Positions 50,674 through 63,059 of a stretch of DNA of 64,000 nucleotides are shown piece by piece. Numbering within the stretch: the first letter of the stretch is position 1; every line of letters starts with the position of its first letter. The position numbers and the translations under genes are program-made. Under the pieces are notes generated by a model. It worked only from the letters and a program-made list of their open reading frames with translations, had not been told where the DNA came from and searched no databases. The DNA lies in the NCBI GenBank assembly GCA_020536535.1, contig JAHLWZ010000091.1:6803-70802 (forward strand). The letters are read 5' to 3'. The stretch is from Pelomyxa schiedti. Lineage: Eukaryota > Protista > Evosea.

Positions 50674-52690
50674 TCATAGTGATCCACTCCCCACCATGTA
50701 AACTTTGGGTAGGGTTCTGCTTGTGAACTTCGAAATCTGTGTGCAGTAGCGCGCAATTTTGGCTGAAACTATAACGGATTCCATGTGGTCTGGTTGTTGC
50801 ATTACTCGGGGTGCTTGAGCTGCGGACTCGCCTTCCTCTTCCATCTGGAAGAGTTGGTGTTGCAAACTTATTGTTGAAAAAAAGTAGTTTACACACCCTT
50901 TTGAGATAGGCGGCTTGTCTGTTGAGGCTGCGTTGGTAGGCCTGGTATCTTGCTTGTTTCTCAGTCAAATCATCTACACACTCCACGAGTGCCTGGGAAG
51001 AAAGGTGAACATGTGTTGGAAGCGAGAAGAGTGCATACAGTAAGATTTTTATCAAGGGAGCCAGTTATGTTCATATCCAAAGCTGTTCTTTCAGGTGTTA
51101 GTGCAGGGACTTTCTCCAAGTCAAACAGCCAGGCATTGACAAGGGCTGTGTTGGCCACACGTATCGGTAGCTCTTCAAGCACATCAACGAGGCCATTGGT
51201 GGACAGTGTAAGGAACCTGGTGCATAATAAGAATAATACGGAACCAAAGGAACAAAAACTACAGTTCTTTAGGCACTGTGGGCTGATTATTGCACAGGGT
51301 CATAAATGATGACGAGAGCTTGAAGGCTCGTAACGAAAGACTCCTCTCCTTAGGTGGTGATTAGAAAGTGTTTCTCTACCTTCATGACTTACATTAACAG
51401 TTTTGAGGGGGTCATAGACCAAAACAACTGAACAAGGTAAATTGCGTTGATAGACGTACTGTGATTCGATAAATTGCTCAGAAACATATTGCTCCAGCGA
51501 AGTGTGTTGGTACCAGCCAACGACAAACGAATCAAAATTAACTAGGTAGATACAGATTTTCAGTTTGTTAACATTGTGCTATCAAGGGCCATACTCTCGT
51601 GCAGTTTATTCACGTAATCAGTTTGGTACTGGTCATCTCTGTCAGCTGCCATTTGTTCTTCTTCTGCCCTGAGGAGATATTAACATGGGAAAATGTTGTC
51701 GTCTGCGAAATTACCCAAGAACTACTTCCGCGTGAGGCATTGGGAAACAAGATGTGACCTCCAAGCCCTGTGAGCTTGGAAGGCCAAGAAGAGACCCTGT
51801 TGGGACTTCCAGAGGAGTTGTCCGCGTATGTGCTGCAATTTTCATAATGACCTGCAGGCTATTATTAGTAAGGAAATGGACAACAACTACCATACAGAGC
51901 CTTGTACAACAACTGTCTTTGTTGGAAGTTTAATACGCTGTGAAAGGGGCATCTCAGGAGGCCCTTTACGTGACTTCTGAGAAGCTGGAGGAGCTTGTTG
52001 TGGAGTTTGTTCGCCCTTTCCCTTCTTTTTCTTCGTGGCATTAGTAGGGGCAACCGCTGGTGAAGCCGCCGTCTGTCGCTGCTGCGGGGCACCCCAGGCA
52101 GATTTGGTAGGTGCTGGCTTTGATTGGCTTGGTGCCTCTTGTGCTACTGCTGGTTTGGCGGGTGTCTTCTCTGTTTGCTTGGCAGGTTTTTGTTTTGTAG
52201 GTTTTTGTGGGGCTTGTTGTGTTGTCTCTGGGGTGGATTCAGCCGGTTGTGGTGTCTTCTCGGACTTCTTCGGGGCTGATGGTTTCGATGCCTGAGGTGT
52301 TTCTTGTGTTGGTTTCGACTGCTTACTAGCAGCAGCATCCTTCGCTGGCGCCGGTGCCGGTGCCGATGCTGCCGATTGTGCAGGTGTTGTCTGTGTAGGC
52401 ACAACGGGTGCTTCAGGGACAGAGGTTGTTGCTTGAGGTGCGAGTGGTGCCTGAGTAGTGGCTGAAGTGCTTTTAGTTGGTGGAGCTGCCACGGCTGGCT
52501 CCGTTGCAGGTGCTTTTTGTTCGGTTTGAGGTGCTGTCTGCGCTTTCGTCGCCTTTTTCTTCTTGTTTTTTGGCGGCTTTGTTGCGGTGGTTGCTGCCGT
52601 ATCCGCAACAGCGGGGGCCGTCACTGGATCTTGCTTTTGCTGCGGGGGCGCTGTTTCGGCCACAGTGGGTGCCTTGGTTGTGTCCGCCAT
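50674..52690 (-). CDS. EIF3H: Translation initiation factor 3 subunit H (MPN-minus) with long Ala/Pro/Lys-rich N-terminus
   Basis: VIMKI..H, GSLLGL..LEVTSCFPMP, VVGWYQ, FIESQYVYQ, VLVYDP, EELPIRVANTALVNAWL, YQRSLNRQ, YCTQISKF. Confidence 0.8.
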
Positions 52691-52971
52691 TACTCGTTAA
52701 ACAAACAAAAATACGGCACTGTGCGACACGGATCTTCTTCTCTCGGCCCGACGACGCGATGGGCGATTTATTGTGTGATAAAGAGAAGGGGAAAAAAAAT
52801 TTAGCGTGCAACTGATCAGGGCTTTTAATTCTTTCTTTCGCTTTTCTAAAGTCAAAAATCGACTGAGGGTGCCCTCACACAACAACAGAAGTTGTAAGGG
52901 TGTTTGAGAAAGGAAAAAAAGAACTAGCTATTCATGTGGGAAAAGAATTACAATTGTAGTTCTTGAACCAC

Positions 52972-54867
52972 TTAATATTTCCTCCTGCCTCCCCTACTGT
53001 GTCCACTTCCAGAGTCTCTTTGTTGTTGCATTTGCCTCTGTATTGCCTTTCCTTTGGCTGAAGTGGCTGTGGGTGGTGATGCTGAAGCGCCTGATCCTGA
53101 CGAGGCCTTCATTGTGATGGCATCCGCAGCTTCTGAATCAAGTGAGCCTTGTGTGCCCCGGCTGCTTTGTTGCTTCTGCTTCGCTCTTTTGGATGCTTGT
53201 TTGGCATAGACTCCAAGCTTCCTGTCTCTTTTGGGTATCCACCTCTCTGGGTCCAGTTGTGGCATGTTTGACCGTGATATCGATCCCATGCCGGAAGCGG
53301 CCCTTCTCTTGTTGACTGCAGCTAGCATGAGTGCACAGCGGCGTGCCTTCTTTCTCTTCTTCCGCCTCTCCTTCGCACGTTGCAATGCAACTTCTGCGCT
53401 CACAACCTTTTTGACCTTGGTATTCGTAGTCTTGACGGGATGAATCTTCTTTGGTCTCGAGAGACCCAGTTTCTCCAACTCTTCAGCGGTAAGAGTAGTA
53501 GGAGTTATTATCTGCAGGAGTTCATTAAGGGACTACACAGAGGTACAATCTTACTTTGCGCTCGACCGGTGCATTCTTAATAGGAGCTGTCACTTTCTTT
53601 TCCGGCACTTTTGTTTGTGCTTTCTTTTGCTGGGGGATTTGTGGTTGAGAGGGAGAGGGAGCAGGAGCGGGAGCGGGAGCGGGAACATCACTCTCCCGCT
53701 GGGGCTTGGTCGTTGCTGCCTTAGACCGCCTTTTCGCTTCCTCCAGTGCTTGAATATTGTGATTCACCATTGCTGTTACTTCTTCCTTGGTTTTTCTAGT
53801 TGCAATCGAATTGTAAAGTTCAAGTGCTTCTTGCACCTTTCCTTGCATTTGCAGAACATATCTGTCGAAATCAACTAAATACATATTTTCAAGAAGATAG
53901 ATAAGGTACCCAAGTTGAGCATCAATCTGTGCCGTTTCTCTGTCAATATCGACTTGTGAGACCCCTTCAGTTTGAGCTGCCTTTGTACACACAGTTTTTG
54001 CTTTCTGAAGCCATTCATTGGCTTGGTCCCATTGTTTTGCATAAGCAAAGTGGCAACCAGTGTTATATGAAATTTCATAGGCGCTCTGTAATATGATTAC
54101 TCTACTGCGAAAAATATTGGCACCATACTTGAAACTTGCTTTGACTGCAAAATCGGTCCACTATTTGTTGGGTTTTTGTGGTATCACCGGCTTGAACACA
54201 GGCAGCACATAGATTAGAGACTAACTCTGTAGATGGAGATGTTGCTTCAAGGAGTTGTTCGTATATCTGACCAAACAAGTCAAAACAGCATGATGTAATG
54301 ATGTTGGTTTGACCTGTACACATTCACTGAACTTTTCAAGTTTGTAAAGGATTTGAGCTTTAAGTAGTAGCACTTGGGTGGTTGGCTTCAAAGGTGACAG
54401 TGTATCCAAGGCCTTGAGTGATGATTGTCAGCCGCTCCCTGTAGGAAAGTGGGAGGTACCTCTTGCGTTTTCTTTGCCCTATACAAGCAATACGCTCGCT
54501 CAAAAACCAGAAAGTTGTCCTCCCACGTACCTCCTAAATATGAGTGTGAGTAAACCACATAAACCGGTTTAACAAAAAAAAAAAAAAAAAAACCTTCACA
54601 AACAAACAGAAACATCAAAAAAATCAAAAAAAAAAAAAAAAAAAAAAAAACCAAACCAGTTGCGGCCAGGGCGTCGTCTAACTTTCCAAGGGAAATCAAA
54701 CTCACGACCTTGCACATCGTGGCGTCGCGGTCGCGCTCGCAGCCGGGCATCGCGAGCACCTCCTCGCTCGCCTCCAGCGCCCCCTCCGCGTCCCCTGCCG
54801 CCACGCAGTTGCTCACCCGAACGAACGCGGCAGCTATCTCCGCCGCATTCCCCGTCGCCTTGCTCAT
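52972..54867 (-). CDS. SRP72: Signal recognition particle subunit SRP72
   Basis: FERAYCLYR, LKAQILYKLE TPRs; basic cluster RRKKRKK then LDPERWIPKRDR and GTQG. Confidence 0.9.
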
Positions 54868-55275
54868 CGCCTCACTTGTTTCTGTTCTACTATTGCTGTT
54901 GGTTATGCGAAGACGGCAGTCTCTGATGTCGATTCATCAAGTCAACTCTCTCAGGTGTTTGTTCCCACTGGAAAACGCACAACGAAATTTGGCCGTGATG
55001 ACTGAGACATGCCGTAACTTGTAGTAGGGGAACACAGCTTGTTGCGTCGCCTGAGAAGTTCAGTGAATTTTGGACTCACACTTGTTTACATCAAAGGGCA
55101 GAAAAGGGTCCTGGTTCTCTGTGACCTGCGAAGGGAAATGTCTGGACCACATCTGGGCCAGGCACATTCTACCGTTTCGTGGTCTTTCCAGCCTCTGAGG
55201 AGCATAACAGTGCAAGATCCAAAGACCCAAAAAATAAAAAGTGTGAGTCCCAATAATTTATCTTAGACAACATAA

Positions 55276-57209
55276 CTACAGAAGGTGGTGTTGTTTTTTG
55301 TACACATAACTTTGGAGCATGTCACGGGTGATCCAGGAGTAACAAACAGGGAGTACGCTCTCAATCACCTCTTGGAGAGTTGGGAAGAAGAACGAGGGCA
55401 GAGTTCCAACTGGCACAGGTATGTACCACCCTGACATCTGCACTGGTGGCACTCCAGCTGACGATGCACTTGTGATTGGGGTGCTGCGCAGTTTGACGTG
55501 TGTGAGCGTTCCTTCATGCACTGCCACCATGTATGGGCTGTAACGTTCTTTGTAAAATATGGAGAATCCTTCTTCTAGTGTTGGTGAGGACTTGAGCACA
55601 TGTCTCCCTGGAAATCGATCACAGAAGTGAATCATTACATGGTCTGGAAACCCTGAAAAGAGTCTCCCATACTCGTTGGGATCAAAGAACCCACATATCC
55701 AACTGCAGGCAATGGACAAATGAGCAAAAAGAAAGTATGAGGGGTGTTGTTTGGCACACACCTGTGCGATCTCCAATATTCAACTGACACCTGTTGTGAG
55801 GTGTTTCAGAGTGAGAAAGAACTTGTTGGATTAATTGTTGGGTGTCAAAGCTCACCGGATCAAAGGAAACAGGTGTGGGGCTCGCTTCCGACAGCCAGAA
55901 TGAGCACAACTGGAGGAATTTCTCCTTTGTGATGGTCGCACCTTGGAAAACTGTGTGCATGTTGTGAGAGAATTGTTGGCAAGGAACCCACAGAAACAGA
56001 AATGTTACTCGAATTTAAGTCGTTGGAGCTCCATATTTGCAGTCCTTGTTCATGTGGAAAATAGGGATACAACTTATCGAGGGTGACAACCGCCATAGAC
56101 GGGGCACCCTTGGTCAGATGTTGCCACAACTGCTCAGCAACAAGCATGGAGGGGAGTGTATTCATCACCTGATCCATTTCGCACACCCGTTGTTCACAAG
56201 GTATATGGGACAGAGGTCTGCTCTTGAATTTGGTCGACGTCACTGTGGAAAAGGTGAGTCAGGCACTTTAAAGAGCGGGAAGAGGTGGTGGGGGATGAAA
56301 CACACAAAATTTCCTGTCGGTTTCCACAAAAGAGTCTCCGTGCTTCGTGTACAAGGCAAGCTTCAAATTTCCGTTGTACTTGTACCTGTTTCCATCCTGA
56401 ACTGTCGTGATGTTCACGATCCTGAAGTCCCCGGTTGTGTGATCAGGGACACCAATCAAGGTCTGTCCATAGCGCAATCCAACACGTGGCACCGAAGGCG
56501 GAACGCTCTCAGATCGAACGACCTCAAGCCTCATTGGGAACTTCGGACTGTATGACGCCTTATTGGGGAGTCCTGGTGCTGAGTCTTTCTTCTGGACGAA
56601 AAGTGGCAACAGGACCCGCTTGATGCCCTCAGGTAATTTCTTTGTGGCTGGCTGTTTTGTTGCTGTGTTTGGTGGTGAAGAAGCCAGCGGCTCGGTGGTT
56701 GCGGTTGTGGATGTGGCAACAGATTGTACTGGCGACACCAGCGTCTCGTTTCTGCTGTCGTCCATGGGCGTCTCTGCCTCTGTATTCTTGCGTTTGCCCG
56801 TGTTTGGTAAGTCTGACTGGAAGTTGGAGTCTTTTGTTAAAGCCAATGACGCCTGGTTGCTATCGTCCATGGATCCATTTTGTCCTGGGGGAGCAATTTC
56901 AGGTGCCAGCAAATGGGTAGTGGTTCTTTGGCTGGTTGTGGTGGATGTTGTTTCAGGGGCTTTGAGGTCGGCCGAAGAAATCGTCACTCCACTGCCGCAC
57001 ATGGAACATCGAAAGACAACCGAGTTTGTGCCAGACAAGAATTTACCAACCGTAACAAAAGTGAACTCGCCTTGTGCGTCTGGTTTCGTTTGGCATTTGC
57101 CACAGGGCAGCCGCACAAACGGTGTGCCTTGGAGACCGAGAGACGAGTTGCTGGCGCTGTTGGTGGTGTCTGATTCGCATGGACCGCAGGCGCAAACGGA
57201 GTCATCCAT
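55276..57209 (-). CDS. Hypothetical protein with N-terminal CxxC...CxxC zinc-ribbon-like motif, spliced
   Basis: CGKC...CSMC in a 313-codon exon followed by joinable minus-strand ORFs; no family recognised. Confidence 0.55.
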
Positions 57210-58169
57210 CTTTTAGAGTAGCCCTCTTAAACCCAACTCAAAAAAAAACTCGGAATTTTAAACCCCAACTCGGTATCACTGGTTTCGTGTAAGCCGATGG
57301 GGCTTTATTCCCGCAGACAATAGAACACTCCGCAGCGATTGCAGTGTTTGCCCTGTTTGTGGTGGAATCATCTGGGTACGTGCTAGCTGATATCAACCAT
57401 ATGTTTGTGCGGTAAATGCGACACTTGAAGGGGAAAAAACCACTGCCGCTTTTCTGCGTAAACAGGCCATCAGATCTGTGCCCCACGGAGTCTTCACTTT
57501 CAGTTTGGGCCACCACCGTTTACACGGCAATGCCAACTCTGCTGTCAGGGTGAAACAGGATCCTCACCATCGCCCGCCATGAATGCCCTGTTTTCATGTT
57601 TCAAAAAGTGTGCAGTGTGCTTTGGCCACCAGGTTTAGTTGTGGGAGTGTGTCGGGGTTGTTGGGTTGTGTGGCTGAATCGTCCTGTGTGGATGATGATT
57701 GTGAGGCGTTTTTCGGGGGGGGCGGCAGGGCTGTACGAAGGCGATGACGGCGAGTAGTTCTCCGTTCCCTTGTGCCCTTTTCTCCTGTTTAGATGAGTGA
57801 AAGTTTTCTTTGCTACAGATTTCGTTCCAGCCAAAGAAGCTCCCATACACTCAAATCAAGGCAACAACTGGCTCTTTTCCGACTGATTACTAGGCACAAG
57901 AACCGCTCATTTACATCCCTTTGTCTGATGTATGATCGCCCTTCCCAGTAGCACATTCACAACCTCTCGAGTCATTCCACTTTCGGGTGTTCGCACGTTT
58001 CTGAGTGCCATCACACTGTGATGATTTTGAAGCAACAAAAATTCACATTTTTGACTGCGAAAATTCCCCTTTCTAAGAAACAAGAAGTTGGAAAATTTAG
58101 TAGGACTCCAAGGCATAAATGCAACAGGGATGGTGACTGGTTTTATTTCTCTGGGTGCTCAAAATGACT

Positions 58170-59182
58170 TTAAAGACCAAAAGGCTTAGCGGCAATGACT
58201 GTGCGTGAAACTGCATCCATTTGATGCCTTCCCTTAAGTGAGAGCTTTCTGCCACTAGTGCGTTTTAGTAGAGCACAAAGAAAACTTTCTTTTTTTGTGG
58301 GACGATATACCCATGTGATTTGTCTTTCTCCGCAACTCCGATTGATTCCAGATTGTGGAGGATGTGTCTGATGACTGCTCCGGAGCCTCTAACAGTAATT
58401 GATGGCTTGGATCCTCTGCGTTTGCGTCCACCATAGATTCTGCGGAATCTGCCAACTCCCTTCCCACCCTGGAGGTAAAGTTTGCGTGCAACAGATGCTG
58501 TAATAAGAAGGTGGAATGATTAAAAAAAAATGAAGAAAGGAAGATAAAGATAAATTTAATTGTAAGGGAGGAAAAAGATGAAAAAACCTGCTCTGATGTA
58601 GTACCAGTCGGGATTGGTTGGGGCCAAATCCTTGTGAACACCGAGCTTGCAAAGGTCAACGTAAGGAGGCAACTTGACCTTGTTCTGGCGCTTCAAGTGC
58701 TTCGCATAGGCATAAATGAAGCTCTCAGGAGCCAAGTCCTTGAGGCCGAGAACCTGTCTTCGCTGGCCGAACAGCTCAATTCCAGCGATGTACACATCAG
58801 AAATGGGGACAGCAGGGGCGGCAGCCGGCGCCGCAGCGGCGGTTGTGGCGGCGGCGGGAGTTGCTGCCGTCGCGGCGGCGACTGCAGCCGAGGCTGCGGC
58901 GTTCGCGGTCGCCGCGGTTTTGGGTTGGCGTGGGACTTTCTTGGTTTTGTCAGCAACTGCGGCGGGAGTTGCTGCGGGTGCCTGAGTGGTAGAGGTAGTA
59001 GTAGTTGTGGTTGTTGTGGCGGTTGTTGGTGTGGCTGTTTCGGGTGCTTTGTCAGCGGGTTTCGCGGCGGCGGCGGCCTTTTCTTTCTTGGGCTCGGCGG
59101 CTTCGGCCTTTTTGGCGGCGGGTGCTGGGGCCTTCTTCTCCTTGGTCGGCATTGCCTTCTTTTCTTTTGGTGCGTCGGCCAT
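58170..59182 (-). CDS. RPS19: 40S ribosomal protein S19 (eS19) with long Lys/Ala/Pro/Thr-rich N-terminal extension
   Basis: [77 protein letters not shown]. Confidence 0.93.
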
Positions 59183-59524
59183 TTTGCGTTTTGTAGGTGT
59201 TACGGTTGACGCGGAACTGCGACGGTCGCCACGTACGATCTCGAACGGTGCAAAAAAAATAGACACAATAAACAACGAAGGAAAGAAAATAATGACAGTG
59301 AGCAAAAAACAGCAACTGTTATCCGAATAGCCCCCTGTGTTTTCTATTCGGCTAATCTCTCTGATGGACTCTCCCTTGACAACCGTACGGTAGTTACACC
59401 GCAGTCTATTCGGAATCGTTTCAAGGAGGCATTCTCAGCCCCAGATCCCGGTAGTGTTGACTCTTGATGGAGTCGCTGAAATAGTTCATTTGGCGAAAAC
59501 TAACTAAAAAAGAAACAAGCAAAA

Positions 59525-60822
59525 ATGAGTGGTACTGGACGTCACGTGACCATGAACTTGGCAACAACGTCCGTGTCCACGGCCACTCCCACAATCAAGA
59601 AGAAGCCCGCAGTGCCTAATTTGGCAACCGCCAGTGCTGCTGCCTCGACGACTCCCGGTCGCCATGTCAAAGGTTTTTTCGTTTCTCGAAAATTTGTACT
59701 TGAAAATTTTTTTTAACTTTTTCGTCCTTTATTTATATTTAGTGTCAGCTGTGCCGACGGGTAAAGAAACTTATTCAGAGGGTTTGTTTTGCTTTTTCCC
59801 CCCTTTGTTGCTCTTGAAACTTTGCCTTCACTTTAACAGGAACAACTTTAGATTACCTCACTAGAGAAAACGCGAGACTGAACACTCTGGTGGACAAACT
59901 GAAGAATAGAATCGAATGTTTGGAGGAAGAAAACAAAAAACTACGCTCTCTTTTGCATACTGCCACTAGAACACCACAACCAAAGCATCACCCTGCACAC
60001 CAGAAACCTGTATCACAAAGCACCTCTACTTCTACTTCCACTTCTGCACTACCAAGCTCCGTATCTGTAAGTGCAATTACACCCCCCTCTGCGACTGTAA
60101 CTGTAACTGCACCTGCAACTTCACCTACACCTACACCAGCTCCAACCATAACGGTCGAGACTGTTCCCAGCAACACTCCAACCCCTGGTACTTCTTCCCA
60201 CAAGCACATCAAGCTTAAGCTCCCATTGGAGGACATCAGGCCAACTACTGCCCCACTGCATTCCGCAGTACTACCTTTATCTTTGCTTTCCACTTAGCCT
60301 AACCATTCTCAGATGCGTACAGCAGCATCAGCACGCTCTTCAGTTGAGAAGCATGCCACCATCGTTCCAGCACCAGGACGGGTGCCGGAGCGAGAGACAA
60401 GCAGGAAAATAAGGCCGCCAACACCCGGTTTGCCACCCAAAACCAAAAACAAAAACAAAAACTCTCAACTTCCCAGTCTCTTATTGTCTGCAGGTCCACC
60501 CAGTTCACGTTCGTGCCGTGCCCAAGCCGAACGAGCCAAAGTAACTGGGGAGTTTGTAGAGGAACTTGAGGGGGTTGAAGAACCCCACCAAGTGCAGTTC
60601 GCGGAATCTCCAAGGGGGAGAACTCTACATAGAGAAGATGAGGAAGAAGACCGCCAAGGCGAAATTACGGAAGACTTGGATCATTTTGACCAACCCACGG
60701 TCTCTTGTGTTGAAAATACACAAGAGGTTTTCCAAGTGCGCTGCCCGTTTTTCCAGCCCTTTTGTAAAACTAACACCGTACTTCAGGAGCAAGAAATACC
60801 AGAACAAATTACCGATTCTTAA
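59525..60822 (+). CDS. Hypothetical protein with short coiled coil and Ser/Thr/Pro-rich region
   Basis: LVDKLKNRIECLEEENKKLRSLL; exons separated by short GT-AG introns. Confidence 0.5.
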
Positions 60823-60920
60823 CTCTAACAATGTTGTAATTCCTTGTGTAAAGAACCCACTTTATTTAGAAATGAATGAGGAATTTAATTTAAATGTTGG
60901 AGGATCCACTTTCTTTTTCT

Positions 60921-62099
60921 TCAGGCTCGAGAGAAAAGTAGGGGGTCCACGGCATACTTGGTTTCTGCCTGTTTCTTCTGCAGTAATTTCGCCCAAGACA
61001 AGTGGGCATCCTCTATTACTTGAATTGCTTCAGTCTGAGAGGTAGAAGTAAGACTAGTGTGAACAACTAAAGTGAGCTTACTTGCGGAAGAGCTCTTCCA
61101 TCAAAGGCATATTTATTGAGTCCCTTTCCTTCAGCTACTTTGTAGACCCGGTACCACTCCCTCACAGTGGATACAACACCTGGTAGGTGTTCCTCAACAT
61201 CTTGGATGTCTTTTTGTTTTGATTAGATTAGAGGAAAAAGGAGGATTAGAAACAAAAACCATTCAGACTGGCTGATATTGGGTCCTCGGTATTTATTGCA
61301 ATCACTTTCCAGTCAGTCTCACCTTCATCTAGCAGTGCCAGCACACCCAAAACTTTTACCTGAGCCAGGTAAGTTATAGTCAACATTCTCACACATTTGA
61401 TACCTTGAAAATATCTCCCCGGTTTTTCTGAATAGTACTAATATCAATAACATCAATAGGGTCATTGTCACCTTTACAAAAAAAAAAAGGTTTTGTTTTC
61501 AGATAGTGATTGCCTCAAAGGAAATGTACGAACCTTTTAGTCCTGTGGATGGGCATACAGCATCAGGATCTTCCCAGGTTTGGGGGATTGCTCCATAGTT
61601 AAATAGCAATTTTCCGTGCTTGATGAATCTGGGGGTTGTTTTAGAGACATTTGCGTAGTGTAGGAAAACCTCAATTGCCCTTTTTTAATGTCTTGCTTAA
61701 TGGGGTTAAACTTCTCTTTGGTGGAAATTTCCATCTTGGGGTCAGTCCTGTAATTTTCATGAGGGAAGATAAAATAAGTCGTCTAAAACAAACCCCTTAG
61801 GCATTTCACAAACCATGTTAACAACAGACCCCACAGTGGGTCTAGGCCTAAGTGCAAGGTTGTGCCATGGAGATATCCTTTGAAACAACACAAAATTGAG
61901 ATTATGTTACAAACAAAAAACCGGCTAGAATATACCTTGACCCAGTGATTTTTTCCTTGAAGTACAAGCGATAGTCCATTGTGCCTGTAGCACCTTCTTC
62001 CTCCAAGCGCACCAAGTCCTCCTGTATACAGTAAGTCATTTTTACCGTTCCCCTTTGTCCATAGCCAGTAACAACAGTCCGAATCGGAGGCAGTTTCAT
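60921..62099 (-). CDS. PPA: Family I soluble inorganic pyrophosphatase; start uncertain (possibly up to 62341)
   Basis: [73 protein letters not shown]. Confidence 0.92.
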
Positions 62100-62934
62100 G
62101 CATTATCTAAAGAGAGGGAGCAAACCGCGAAAGTTGCGGGACTGTAGGAAAACGCCGAAGCCGACGACGACGCTGCGTTGCGGCGACCGTGGTGAGCTGG
62201 CGCGGGTGACCTGGCAGTGACAAAGTCAGATCGCGAGGGTTGGCGCGGCAGGGCACGGCTCCCGACGCTGCGAGAAAGGCTCTTTATGGGACGAAGAACG
62301 CCAGAGCACTGCGTCTCGATGTGGAGACCAAGATCAAACATCCTTCGAACGGGTTTTCTTTTTCTTTTTCGAAAAGCCTCGCCTCCTTTTCCAAGTGATC
62401 AGATTGTCTTTCCAATGCGTTAAACCTCTGCCTTCCCCTGAAGAGTGAACACCTTCCACACTCCACTTGAACAAAGAGTTGTTCTTCCTGAACCTATCTA
62501 TGACTCAGTGAGGTGTTGCTCTACTTGTGCTAGATGCAATCACAGTTGAGACTGTTGTTCCTCTGGCCTTTCATATTTCCCCTTGCATAATCTTCAATGA
62601 CCTGTGTTGATTTGAGAACAAGAACAACAAAACTAAACTATACAAAAAAAAAAAACAAACCTAGATGGCAAAACAAAAAAAATACTGACTGAGGTCATCT
62701 CCACAACAGACTTTTGATGCCCATATTCTACCAATGTTTCTTTTACATTTACTAAAAACACAAAATGCACCACATTTACTGCAAGCATACAGTCTGTGGC
62801 TGCTTTGTTCTACTGGTTGGTCTACTAGTGTTGTTAATCTCTAGCAGCTTTGGTTTTGTTTTCTTGTTTGGAACATGTTTCCTTGGCCAACAAAGGGGAT
62901 TCCCAAAGGGATTAAACCAAGTTTGAATCTGTTT

Positions 62935-63059
62935 TCTCCCACAAACGTTATGATTTCTTCAGATAACAACCAGATAATAATAATAAAAACCTATAATTAA
63001 CATATTCTTAAGACTGTTTCTGGTTGTTACCTGAAGAAATCATAACAGTTGGTGGGAGA
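62935..63059. repeat. Imperfect inverted repeat of about 40 bp with 44-nt AT-rich spacer
   Basis: TCTCCCACAAACGTTATGATTTCTTCAGATAACAACCAGA is the reverse complement of 63019-63059 with two substitutions and one indel. Confidence 0.85.

Noticed and set aside
54573-54652. Long poly-A tracts resembling a retroposed tail
   Set aside because: They are a T-rich first intron of SRP72 on the minus strand; similar tracts occur in many first introns
57720-57762. YSPSSPS-YSP, resembling RNA polymerase II CTD heptads, on the minus strand
   Set aside because: Only about 1.5 repeats, no ATG and no polymerase domain nearby
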